Origin: an uncultured Actinomycetes bacterium
Lineage (GTDB): Bacteria; Actinomycetota; UBA4738; HRBIN12
Length of the DNA: 64,000 nucleotides
Reading direction: 5' to 3'
Assembly: GCA_963792215.1 (NCBI GenBank)
Contig: CAWBVL010000004.1
Location: forward strand, 46,256-110,255
Shown here: piece by piece, positions 7,575 to 16,291 of the stretch
How positions within the stretch are numbered: position 1 is the stretch's first letter
Layout of the letters: every line of letters starts with the position of its first letter
Notes under the pieces: generated by a model
The model's input: only the letters and a program-made list of their open reading frames with translations
Databases searched by the model: none
Told to the model about the DNA's origin: nothing
Translations under genes and position numbers: made by a program

Positions 7575-8786
7575 TCAGTCTTCGTCGTCGTCCCCACCCA
7601 GCTGAAGCAGACCCGAGAACTCCTTCGCGAGCATCACGCGATCGACCTCGCCCGGCTCTTCCTGGTCTTCGGATGCGGGCGGCGGGGCCTCCTGGGAGAC
7701 CAGTCGCTGAGGCTCCGTGCGGAACGCGCTCGCGTCGGCGCCGCCCTGATCGTCGGTGGCCGGGGGCGCGGTCTGCTCAGCAGCCGACGCGGCGGTCCGC
7801 TCGGCAGCCGGCGGGGCAGGCCGCTCCGCTGCCGGCGACACGGCTTGCTCGGCCGCTGCCTGAGCCTGCTCGGCCTCGAGCCGTGCGAACGGCGAGCCGT
7901 CCGCACCGAACGGGGCCGGCTGCTCATCCGACAGCACGGACTCGTACGGCGATCCTTCGATCGAGGGGCGGGCGCCACCAAGCTCGGCGCGCGGCTGCTC
8001 TGCAGCGGCTGCCGGCTCGGCCGGCGACGGCGATGGGGACGGCGCTGATGCGGGCGGCGGGGATGCGGGCGGCGGGGAGGCCGACTCCGGACGGCGGTAG
8101 CCGCTGAGCGGCTGGGCCGACGCCGGGGACGACTCGACAGGAGCAGCGGTCGCGGGCGCCGGTGCGTCGGGCGATCGCTGCAAGGCTTGCGCCTGTTGCA
8201 GTTGGGCTTGCATCGCGGCCATCTGCTCCTGCATCGCCTGCATCTGCTGCAGTTGCGCGGGGTCAGCGCCGCTCCAATCGGGTGCCGCAGCGCCTCCTTC
8301 CGCGGGGCCGGTCGGGGCGGCGAAGGACGGCATCTCCTCGGCACCGGGGTTCGCCCCCACTGGGGCGGCAGCGGCGGGGCGGTCGGCCGGCGGGTGCAGC
8401 GACGTCCGTGGACGCCCGGACGGCGCGCCGGCGGCGTCGGGCACCTTGAGCGTGACCTCCTTCTGCTTGGCGCGCGTCTCCTCGGCCGCGATCACCGCCT
8501 GCTCGAGCTGATCGAGCATCACGCCGGGGCGCACGCTCGTTCCCGTCACGACGAACGCCGCATACGGCCCACGGTGAACGAACGCCCAGAGCTGATCGGA
8601 GAACTCGACGTAGCCCTTCCGCGCTTCGCCGACGTGGACGAACCGCAGCCAGGCGGGCTTGAGCTCCGCCTCTTGATCCTCGGGGAACGCGCCAAGGACC
8701 AGGCCGTCGCGAGACAGCACCAAACAGCCTCGCACGTCGTCCATGGTCAAGACGACGCGCTGCGCGAGCGCGGCGAATTCATCCAT
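7575..8786 (-). CDS. Roadblock/LC7-like N-terminal domain protein with a long Pro/Ala/Gln-rich tail and an acidic C-terminus
   Basis: The first ~105 aa (VRGCLVLSRDGLVLGAFPE...AAFVVTGTSVRPGVMLDQLEQ) resemble Roadblock/LC7 (MglB/CvnB-like). The remainder is low complexity and ends GGDDDED. ATG at 8786. The gene lies 39 nt upstream of pilB. Confidence 0.6.
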   Translation of the reverse strand: MDEFAALAQRVVLTMDDVRGCLVLSRDGLVLGAFPEDQEAELKPAWLRFVHVGEARKGYVEFSDQLWAFVHRGPYAAFVVTGTSVRPGVMLDQLEQAVIAAEETRAKQKEVTLKVPDAAGAPSGRPRTSLHPPADRPAAAAPVGANPGAEEMPSFAAPTGPAEGGAAAPDWSGADPAQLQQMQAMQEQMAAMQAQLQQAQALQRSPDAPAPATAAPVESSPASAQPLSGYRRPESASPPPASPPPASAPSPSPSPAEPAAAAEQPRAELGGARPSIEGSPYESVLSDEQPAPFGADGSPFARLEAEQAQAAAEQAVSPAAERPAPPAAERTAASAAEQTAPPATDDQGGADASAFRTEPQRLVSQEAPPPASEDQEEPGEVDRVMLAKEFSGLLQLGGDDDED

Positions 8787-8858
8787 CCGGGGATTCCTCT
8801 GCGTCAGGCATCGTCGGACGAACGGAGGCCCTTGAGGAACCCGGCTCGAACGAGGGAA

Positions 8859-9707
8859 CTAGGCCGGTTCGGCGAGCGCCGCCACGGCGGCGGCCGACAT
8901 GATCTCGAGCGGCGCTGGGCGGCCGGTCCACAGCTCGAAGGACAAGGCTGCTTGATGCAGCAGCAAGCCGAGGCCGCCCATCGCCTGGGCGCCGGCGGCC
9001 CGCGCGGCGCGCTGTGCTGGCGTCATCGCCGGTCGGTAGAGCAGATCGACGAAGAGCCCATCGGCGCCGAGCGTCGGGAGCGGAAGGCTCTCTCCGTGCG
9101 CCCCGAGCGGCGTCGCGTTGATGACCAGGTCGGCCGAGGCGTCGGCCGCATCATCGAACGCGATCGCCTCGACCTCGGTCGCGAAGCCGTCGAGCGCGTC
9201 GGTGAGCGGCGCGGCGCGCGCCGTCTCGCGGAGGGCGACCGCGATCCGGGTCAAGCCGGCGCGCGCGACCGCCAGAGCGCAGGCTCGAGCGGCCCCGCCC
9301 GCGCCGAACAGGAGCGCGGTCTTGCCTTCCGGGTCGAACCCGGCGTCGTGCTCGAGGAACCGCGCGAATCCGGGCGCATCTGTGTTGTGCCCGGTGAGCC
9401 GGTCGCCAGCGATCTCGATCGTGTTGACCGCCCGCAGCCGGTTCGCGTCCTCGGTCAGCTGGTCCATCGCGTCGGCGACGGCTTCCTTGTGCGGCATCGT
9501 GACGTTCGCGCCGGCGAGGCCGAAGGCGCGCAGCCCGGCTACCGCCGCCGGCACGGCGCCCGGTTCCACCGGCAGGGCGACGTAGATCCAGTCCATCTCG
9601 AGCGCCGCGAACGCGGCGTTGTGGATCACGGGCGACAGGCTGTGCGCCACCGGCCAGCCGAGGACCGCGGCGACGCGCGTGGCGCCGCCGATCCGCGGCT
9701 CAGCCAC
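8859..9707 (-). CDS. aroE: Shikimate dehydrogenase
   Basis: VLGWPVAHSLSPVIHNAAF motif and the NADP-binding GAGGAARA block. The GTG start overlaps the mltG stop. Confidence 0.9.
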   Translation of the reverse strand: MAEPRIGGATRVAAVLGWPVAHSLSPVIHNAAFAALEMDWIYVALPVEPGAVPAAVAGLRAFGLAGANVTMPHKEAVADAMDQLTEDANRLRAVNTIEIAGDRLTGHNTDAPGFARFLEHDAGFDPEGKTALLFGAGGAARACALAVARAGLTRIAVALRETARAAPLTDALDGFATEVEAIAFDDAADASADLVINATPLGAHGESLPLPTLGADGLFVDLLYRPAMTPAQRAARAAGAQAMGGLGLLLHQAALSFELWTGRPAPLEIMSAAAVAALAEPA

Positions 9708-10818
9708 CGAGGCACTCCTGGACGTTCTTCAGGTGCTCTTGGTACGTCACGGCGAACCGTTGCACGCCGGGGCCGTCGGAGGGGCACAGCACGTAATAGA
9801 AGTACTTGGTATCGGCCGGATGGAGCGCCGCTTCCAACGACGCTCTTCCCGGACTCGCGATGGGCGTCGGCGGCAACCCCGCGTTGATCCGCGTGTTGTA
9901 CGGGCTACCGGTCTGCAGGTCCGACGTCGACAAGGATCCGTCCGGCGTGGGGTCGTCGTAGAGCAGCGTCGCGTCGATCCCGAGCGTGTTGTTGGCCGCG
10001 AGTCGGTTGTAGATGACGCTCGCCACCAGCGGGCGCTCCGCATCGAGCTGCGCCTCACGCTCGATCATCGAAGCGATGATCACGATCTGATACGGCGTGT
10101 AGCCGAGCTTCTTGGCGCCCCCGACGAGGTCGAGGGACTTCGCTTCGGTATCGAACTGGTCGAGCATCGTGTGGACGATCGTCTTCGCGTCGAGGTTCTT
10201 CTTCACCAGCTGATAGGTGTCGGGGAACAGGAACCCTTCCGCGCCGTGTCCGGGCGGAAGGTACGGCCGCACGGCGAGCTTTGGGTTCTCCGCGGCCTTC
10301 ACGAACGCGTCGGCGCTGACCCCGGTCTCTTGCTCGACCACGCTCGAGATGCTCCGCTCCCCCGGGTAGGTCGTCTGGATCCGCAGTCCCTCCGGCACCG
10401 TGAGACCGACGGTCGGCACCTGTTTCGGCGGCGTCGTGACGATCGTCAGGATCTCCTCCAGCGTGGAGCCGACCGGGATCCGGTAGGTCCCGGCCAAGAT
10501 CCCGTTGGGGTCGCCCGCGCTCCGCAACATCATGTTGCCGACGAACCCGCCGCACCGGATCAGGCCCTGATCCGCGAGATCGCCGATCACGTCTCGCCCG
10601 GTGGCGCCGTCGGGGACCTGGAACGTGACGGTCCTGCCGTCGACCGCCGGCGGCTGCTTGCACCGGTTGTATGACGTGTTCGCGAATGCCACGCCGACGA
10701 TGAGTACCGACAGCATCGCCAGGACGACGACGAGAGCGACGCGGCGGCGGTGGCGGTCGTGCTCCGGATCCGGCTCGCTGAGGTACGAAGGCCGAGGCTC
10801 GTCCATCAAGGATGCCAT
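9700..10818 (-). CDS. mltG: Endolytic murein transglycosylase MltG (YceG-like)
   Basis: N-terminal TM segment; YceG blocks ASMIEREA, VIYNRL and YNTRINAGLPPTPIASPG. Confidence 0.9.
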   Translation of the reverse strand: MASLMDEPRPSYLSEPDPEHDRHRRRVALVVVLAMLSVLIVGVAFANTSYNRCKQPPAVDGRTVTFQVPDGATGRDVIGDLADQGLIRCGGFVGNMMLRSAGDPNGILAGTYRIPVGSTLEEILTIVTTPPKQVPTVGLTVPEGLRIQTTYPGERSISSVVEQETGVSADAFVKAAENPKLAVRPYLPPGHGAEGFLFPDTYQLVKKNLDAKTIVHTMLDQFDTEAKSLDLVGGAKKLGYTPYQIVIIASMIEREAQLDAERPLVASVIYNRLAANNTLGIDATLLYDDPTPDGSLSTSDLQTGSPYNTRINAGLPPTPIASPGRASLEAALHPADTKYFYYVLCPSDGPGVQRFAVTYQEHLKNVQECLGG

Positions 10819-10846
10819 CGGGGGTGGAGGATACCCGGGCCCGGGC

Positions 10847-11287
10847 TCAGCCCTCGGAACGTTGCCCGTCGAGCCAGCCCTGCAGGATCACCTGGGCCGC
10901 CGCCGCATCGACCACGCTCCTGCGGCGCTTCCCGCTCACCCCGGCCTCGCGGAGCGACCGCTCGGCCTCCATGGTGGAGAAGCGTTCGTCGTGCAGCGTC
11001 ACCGGCACAGAGAGCATCGCGCGCAGGGCGTCTGCGAAGTTGGCCGCGTGGGTCGCGCGGTCACGTCGGATGCCGTCGAGCGAGATCGGCTCGCCGATCA
11101 CGACCAGCGTCACGTCGTTCTCGTTGACGAGGTCGGCGACCGCGCGCATCTCGCCCGGCGGACGGCCGACCTGAACCGTGCCCAACGGAACGGCGAGCCG
11201 GCGCTCCGGATCGCTGATCGCGACGCCGATACGGACGTCGCCGAGGTCGAGGCCGAGAACGCGCCCGGCGTCGGCGCGCTCAGGCAC
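10847..11287 (-). CDS. ruvX: Holliday-junction resolvase-like RuvX (YqgF)
   Basis: GRVLGLDLGDVRIGVAISD motif. I take the start as GTG 11287, which overlaps the alaS stop by 8 nt. The track ORF start at 11386 is probably too long. Confidence 0.85.
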   Translation of the reverse strand: MPERADAGRVLGLDLGDVRIGVAISDPERRLAVPLGTVQVGRPPGEMRAVADLVNENDVTLVVIGEPISLDGIRRDRATHAANFADALRAMLSVPVTLHDERFSTMEAERSLREAGVSGKRRRSVVDAAAAQVILQGWLDGQRSEG

Positions 11288-13910
11288 CGGCGAGGAGCGC
11301 GCGAGCCCGGTCGGTGATCGTCGCGAGGGCCGCCGGCAGCGCTGCCGCACGGGGGCCACCGGCGTTCGCGAGGTCGTCCTTACCACCGGCGCCGCCGCCG
11401 ATGACCGAGGCTGCGTCGGCGAGCAACGCGGGGGCCGTTACACCGCGACCGATCGCGCCCGGCGTCGTGGCCGCCACCAGGAGCGCCTTGCCGTCGGCGT
11501 TGCCGACGACGACAGCTGCGGGCCTCTCCTGCAGGCGATCTCGCACCTTGATCGCGAGCTCCCGGAGCTCGCCCGGGTCCAGTGAGGGCACATCGCGCAC
11601 GACCAACGCCAGCCCGTCGACATCGCGCGCCTGCGTAACAAGGTCGTCGATCATCGCGGCGCGGTCCCCCGCCCGGAGCGTGCCGAGCTCGTTACGCAGG
11701 CGCTTGTTCTCCTCCACGACGCGGCGCGCACGCTCGATCGCCGCCCGCGGATCCTTCGCATCGAGAGCGCCGACCAGATCGCGCAGCAGCGCGCGCTCGA
11801 CGTTGATCTCGCGCAGCGCATCGGGCCCGACGAGCGCTTCGATCCGCCGGAGGCCGGCGCCGATCGACCCCTCCCGCAGCAGCCGGATCACGGCGACCCG
11901 CCCCGTCCGGTCGACGTGTGTCCCCCCGCAGAGCTCCCGCGAATAGTCGCCGATCTCGACGACCCGAACGATGTCGCCGTACTTCTCATCGAACAGTGCC
12001 GTCGCGCCCATCGCCTGGGCTTCGTCCATCGACATATGTGAGACCAACACGCTGTCGTCGGCCGCGAGATGCCGGTTCGACTCGAGCTCGGCTTCCTCGA
12101 GCACCTCGATCGGCACCGAGCTCGGATGCGTGAAGTCGAAGCGCAGCCGGCCGGGCTCGATCAACGATCCCGCCTGCCGGGCGTGCTCGCCCAAGATCCT
12201 GCGGAGCGCCGCGTGGATCACGTGGGTCGACGTGTGCGCCCGCGCCGTGGCCTCGCGGAACAGCCCGTCTATCTCGGCGACCGCCTCCTGGTCGGCCCGC
12301 ACCTCGCCGGACTCGACGACACCCTCGTGCACGATCGAGAGGTCGCCGGCCTTCTGCGTGTCGGTCACGCGCACCGAGCCCGTCGCGGTCCGGATCAAGC
12401 CGCGGTCTCCGACCTGGCCGCCGCCTTCGGCGTAGAACGGGGTCCGCGCGAGGAACAGCCGCACCGGCTGGCCCTCCTCCGCGACCTCGAGCTGCGCGTT
12501 GTCCTCGGCGAGCAGCAGCCGGATCGGCGACTCCGCGTCTGGCTGGTCGTATCCGACGAACGTGGTCGGCGGCACCGCGCCGGTGTCCAGGCCGACCTCC
12601 ACCTTCTTCGCCGCCGCGCGAGCCCGGTCGCGCTGCTCCTGGAGCAGCTCGCGGAACCGGTCCTCGTCGACCGACAGCCCCGCGTCGGCGGCGAGCTCGA
12701 TCGTCAGCTCCACGGGGAACCCGAAGGTGTCGGAGAGCTTGAACGCGTCCTCGCCCCGGACGACGCCGTCGACCGCCTGCTCGCGAGCGTCGTCGAACAG
12801 CACCATCCCCTGTCGCAGGGTCGCCGCGAACCGCTCCTCCTCGGACGCGACGACCTCGTTGATGAACGCCGCGTTCTCCTGGAGCTCCGGGTACGCATCG
12901 CCGAACCCCTCGATCACGCTCGAGACAACCGGTGGCAGCACCTCGTGCTCGATCCCCAGGCGCCGCGCGTGCGCGACCGCGCGGCGAAGCATCCGACGCA
13001 AGATATAGCCACGTCCGTTGTTCGCTGGCAGCACGCCGTCACCGATCAGGAACGTCGTCGCGCGTCCGTGCTCCGCGATCACCTTGAGCGAGACGTCGCT
13101 CCGCGGGTCCTCGCCGTGTCGGATCCCCGACAGGCTCTCGGCGACCTCCAGCGTCGGTAGGAACAGGTCGGTCTGGAAGACGTCGTCGGCGTCCTGCAGA
13201 ACGGTCGCGACGCGCTCGAGCGAAGACCCGGTGTCGACGTTGCGCCCCGGCAACGGCGCGACGATCTGCCGCTCGCCGTCGACCTGGTCTTGCATGAACA
13301 CCAGGTTCCAGATCTCCATGAACCGCTCTTCGTCCACGTCGGGACCGCCGTCGGGCCCGTACTGCGCCCCCCGGTCGACGAAGATCTCGCTGCACGGCCC
13401 GGCCGGACCGGCCGCGTGGGTCCACCAGTAGTTCGCGGGCTCCCCTTCGGCGTCGACCGCCCCGCGCCGCACGATCCGCCCGGGGTCCAGGTGCGCGATG
13501 TCGAGCCACGCCTGTGGCGTCTCGTCGTCGTCTTCGAACACCGTGACCCACAGCCGGTCTGGATCGATGCCGTAGACCTCGGTGACGAGCTCGAACGCCC
13601 AGCGAACGGCGTCTTCCTTGAAGTAGTCGGCGAACGAGAAGTTGCCGAGCATCTCGAAGCAGGTCAGGTGGCGCGCGTCGTGCCCGACGTTCTCGATGTC
13701 GTTGGTCCGCATCACCTTCTGAGCGGAGACGGCGCGCGGATAGGGGGGCTCGAGCTGCCCGAGGAAGTACGGGATGAACTGGTTCATGCCGGCGCTCGTG
13801 AGCAGCAGCCCAGACTCGGGCGGCGCGACCAGCGAGGACGAGCGCACACGCGTGTGATCGCGTTCCTCGAAGAAGCGAAGGAAGGTCTCGCGGATCTCGG
13901 CGCCCTGCAC
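11280..13910 (-). CDS. alaS: Alanine--tRNA ligase
   Basis: Class II AlaRS blocks (EIRETFLRFFEERDH, FEMLGNFSF, the HTSTHVIHAAL editing motif). GTG 13910 is preferred as start because it lies just after the upstream gene's stop at 13921. The track start is 13964. Confidence 0.95.
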   Translation of the reverse strand: MQGAEIRETFLRFFEERDHTRVRSSSLVAPPESGLLLTSAGMNQFIPYFLGQLEPPYPRAVSAQKVMRTNDIENVGHDARHLTCFEMLGNFSFADYFKEDAVRWAFELVTEVYGIDPDRLWVTVFEDDDETPQAWLDIAHLDPGRIVRRGAVDAEGEPANYWWTHAAGPAGPCSEIFVDRGAQYGPDGGPDVDEERFMEIWNLVFMQDQVDGERQIVAPLPGRNVDTGSSLERVATVLQDADDVFQTDLFLPTLEVAESLSGIRHGEDPRSDVSLKVIAEHGRATTFLIGDGVLPANNGRGYILRRMLRRAVAHARRLGIEHEVLPPVVSSVIEGFGDAYPELQENAAFINEVVASEEERFAATLRQGMVLFDDAREQAVDGVVRGEDAFKLSDTFGFPVELTIELAADAGLSVDEDRFRELLQEQRDRARAAAKKVEVGLDTGAVPPTTFVGYDQPDAESPIRLLLAEDNAQLEVAEEGQPVRLFLARTPFYAEGGGQVGDRGLIRTATGSVRVTDTQKAGDLSIVHEGVVESGEVRADQEAVAEIDGLFREATARAHTSTHVIHAALRRILGEHARQAGSLIEPGRLRFDFTHPSSVPIEVLEEAELESNRHLAADDSVLVSHMSMDEAQAMGATALFDEKYGDIVRVVEIGDYSRELCGGTHVDRTGRVAVIRLLREGSIGAGLRRIEALVGPDALREINVERALLRDLVGALDAKDPRAAIERARRVVEENKRLRNELGTLRAGDRAAMIDDLVTQARDVDGLALVVRDVPSLDPGELRELAIKVRDRLQERPAAVVVGNADGKALLVAATTPGAIGRGVTAPALLADAASVIGGGAGGKDDLANAGGPRAAALPAALATITDRARALLAGA

Positions 13911-13920
13911 GCCGGGCAGT

Positions 13921-14169
13921 CTAGCGGTGGGGTTCGCCCGCTCTGTAGCGATCGCGGAGCTCAAGCTCGCGCTCGTTCCTCGCGCGCCGGCCTTCCTCCA
14001 TCGAGGCCGCGACGAGCTTGCTCAGGTCGAGCAAGCTCCCGCGCGCCTCGCGCGCGAGCGCGGCGGGCGCGGCGCGGCGCGCCTGGCGGCGGGTCCACCG
14101 GGTCGTGGCGATCGCGGTGGCGGCGCCCAGTCCGACGCCGAACGAGACCCAGAACAGCCGCCGGATCAC
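13921..14169 (-). CDS. Small membrane-anchored hypothetical protein
   Basis: 82 aa beginning MIRRLFWVSFGVGLGAATAIATT, a single TM segment. Its GTG start overlaps the DUF948 gene stop (GTGA). Confidence 0.5.
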   Translation of the reverse strand: MIRRLFWVSFGVGLGAATAIATTRWTRRQARRAAPAALAREARGSLLDLSKLVAASMEEGRRARNERELELRDRYRAGEPHR

Positions 14170-14555
14170 GCTCGCGGCTCCTTACCACCCTTGCCGGCCG
14201 CCTTCGAGAAGCCCTTGCGGATGCCGGCGCCGAAGCTGATCAGCTTCACCAGCGGGCTGCTCGCCGCCTCCTCCACCAGCCCGGAGAGACGCTCGACGCG
14301 GCCGACGATCTGGTTCGCGCTGTCGAGCATGATGTCGACCCGGTCGATCTCGCGATTGGTCTTCTCGACCGAGGTCTTGACCTCGCGGAGCAACGGGATC
14401 GTCTCCTCCCGCATCGCGTCGATCGTCATCTTCGTGCTCTCGAGCACCCGGAACGTGTTCAGCAACACGAAGCACAGGAACAGGACCAGCAGCACCCAGC
14501 CAACGGCCAGCACGATCAGGGCGATGTCGCCGCCCGTGAGGGCAAGAACCGTCAT
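14166..14555 (-). CDS. DUF948-like membrane protein
   Basis: N-terminal TM segment followed by a coiled region (TIDAMREETIPLLREVKTSVEKTNREIDRV), typical of DUF948/YtxG-like proteins. Confidence 0.7.
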   Translation of the reverse strand: MTVLALTGGDIALIVLAVGWVLLVLFLCFVLLNTFRVLESTKMTIDAMREETIPLLREVKTSVEKTNREIDRVDIMLDSANQIVGRVERLSGLVEEAASSPLVKLISFGAGIRKGFSKAAGKGGKEPRA

Positions 14556-14590
14556 CCGTGAGCTCCTTGGTCTGCGGTGGAGGCGCTAGC

Positions 14591-15883
14591 CTACTCGACT
14601 CCCTCGCCGGGCTCCGGCCGTACTGATGGCGGCGTCGGACCCGCTCCCGGCGTCCAATCGCCCACGTCATCGCCCATATCGGAGGGCTCGTAGTAGCGAT
14701 GGTCCTCGTACCCCTCGGGGCGGTAGGCCTGCTCGATCCAATGCCCCGGCTGGTCGTGCGGATAGATGTATCCCTTGCCGTGGCCGAGGACCCGGGCGCC
14801 GCCGTAGGACGCGTCGCGCAGGTGTGCGGGCACCGGCTCGGCACCCAGCGCGTCCTCCTGAGCGGCCGCGAGCGCCGTGTACACGCTGTTCGACTTCGGC
14901 GCACGGGCCAGGTAGATCGTCGCCTGGGCGAGGTTGAGCCGCGCCTCGGGCAGACCCACGTGCTCGACGGCGTGCGCGGCCGCAGTCGCCTGCACGAGCG
15001 CCATCGGATCGGCGAGCCCGACGTCCTCGCTCGCGTGCACGATCAGCCGGCGGACGATGTACCGCGGGTCCTCGCCGGCCTCGAGCATCCGCGCGAGCCA
15101 GAACAGCGCCGCGTCGGGATCCGACCCGCGGATCGACTTGATGAACGCGCTGACCACGTCGTAGTGGGCGTCGCCCTGGCGGTCGTAGACGATCGCTTTG
15201 CGTTGGACGGCGTCGGCCATGAGGTCGAGCGAGATCGCGGTGACGCCGTCCTCCTGGGCCGCGAGGGCCGCGGCCTCGAGTCCGGTCAGCGCCATCCGTG
15301 CGTCGCCACCGCTGATCGCGACGAGGTGCGCCAGCGCGTCGTCGTCGATCGAGAGGTGCAGGTCGCCCAGGCCGCGGTCAGTGTCCTGCAGCGCACGGTC
15401 GACCAGCGCCGCAACGTCCTCCTCCGACAGCGGTTCCAGGCGCAGCAACAGGCACCGCGAAAGCAGCGGCGTGTTCAACGAGAAGTAGGGGTTCTCGGTC
15501 GTCGCGCCGATCAACGTCACGGTGCCCTGTTCGACGGCCGGCAGCAGGACATCTTGCTGCGCTTTCGACCACCGGTGGACCTCGTCGACGAACAGGACCG
15601 TCTTGAACATGCCGCCCTGCGCGCCCGCCATCACCTTGCGCGCGTCGGCGACGCCCGAGGACACCGCCGAGAGCGTCACGATCTCGGCGCCGACCGCGTC
15701 GGCCAACAGGTACGCGAGCGTGGTCTTCCCCGTGCCCGCCGGTCCCCATAGGATGATGGACGGGAGCGCCTTGCGATCCAACAGCTTCTGCAGCGCGCGG
15801 CCCGGGCCGACCAGGTGGCGCTGCCCGACGAACTCTCCGGGGGTCCGCGGCCGTATCCGCGCCGCGAGCGGCTGTTCGCTCAC
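14591..15883 (-). CDS. rarA: Replication-associated recombination protein A (AAA ATPase)
   Basis: Walker A GPAGTGKTT, FVDEVHRWSKAQQD, and MgsA C-terminal blocks (HYDVVSAFIKSIRGSDPDAALFWLARML). Confidence 0.9.
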   Translation of the reverse strand: MSEQPLAARIRPRTPGEFVGQRHLVGPGRALQKLLDRKALPSIILWGPAGTGKTTLAYLLADAVGAEIVTLSAVSSGVADARKVMAGAQGGMFKTVLFVDEVHRWSKAQQDVLLPAVEQGTVTLIGATTENPYFSLNTPLLSRCLLLRLEPLSEEDVAALVDRALQDTDRGLGDLHLSIDDDALAHLVAISGGDARMALTGLEAAALAAQEDGVTAISLDLMADAVQRKAIVYDRQGDAHYDVVSAFIKSIRGSDPDAALFWLARMLEAGEDPRYIVRRLIVHASEDVGLADPMALVQATAAAHAVEHVGLPEARLNLAQATIYLARAPKSNSVYTALAAAQEDALGAEPVPAHLRDASYGGARVLGHGKGYIYPHDQPGHWIEQAYRPEGYEDHRYYEPSDMGDDVGDWTPGAGPTPPSVRPEPGEGVE

Positions 15884-15892
15884 GGCCGCAGG

Positions 15893-16291
15893 CTACTCGC
15901 CGTAGCGAACGATGCGGGTGGGCCGGACACGCCAGCGGACGCGCTGTTGGCCCTCTACCGGGGTCCACGCCTCGCCGTCGTAGGCACGGGCCAGCGAGTC
16001 GATGTGCGCGTCGGCGTCGGGACCAAGCTGACGTTCCTCGACGGCGCCTTCGACCGATATCCACCGATAGGCATCCGCGCCGCGTTGGACCGCGATCGCG
16101 ACGTTCGGGTTGGCGATCACGTTGCGATCCTTCCGCCGCCCGACCGCTGTGTTGACCAGGACATGCGTCTCGTCCGCGTCGACCCACGTGATGGACGCCT
16201 GCGGGGAGCCGTCGGGGTTCAGCGTGATGATCCAGGCGTAGTTCGGGGCGTGCAGCAGCTCGCGGTCCTCGGGCGTCAGCTCGGCGCTCAT
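15893..16291 (-). CDS. PPOX-class (pyridoxamine 5'-phosphate oxidase-like / F420-type) small protein
   Basis: 132 aa with NYAWIITLNPDGSPQASITWVD, typical of the PPOX split-barrel family. Its ATG overlaps the aspS stop (ATGA). Confidence 0.65.
   Translation of the reverse strand: MSAELTPEDRELLHAPNYAWIITLNPDGSPQASITWVDADETHVLVNTAVGRRKDRNVIANPNVAIAVQRGADAYRWISVEGAVEERQLGPDADAHIDSLARAYDGEAWTPVEGQQRVRWRVRPTRIVRYGE

Noticed and set aside
8187-9887. 566-aa plus-strand ORF
   Set aside because: It is antisense to the Roadblock-like gene and aroE. The product is Arg/Gly/Pro-rich with no recognisable motifs. This is a typical stop-poor shadow frame of high-GC DNA.
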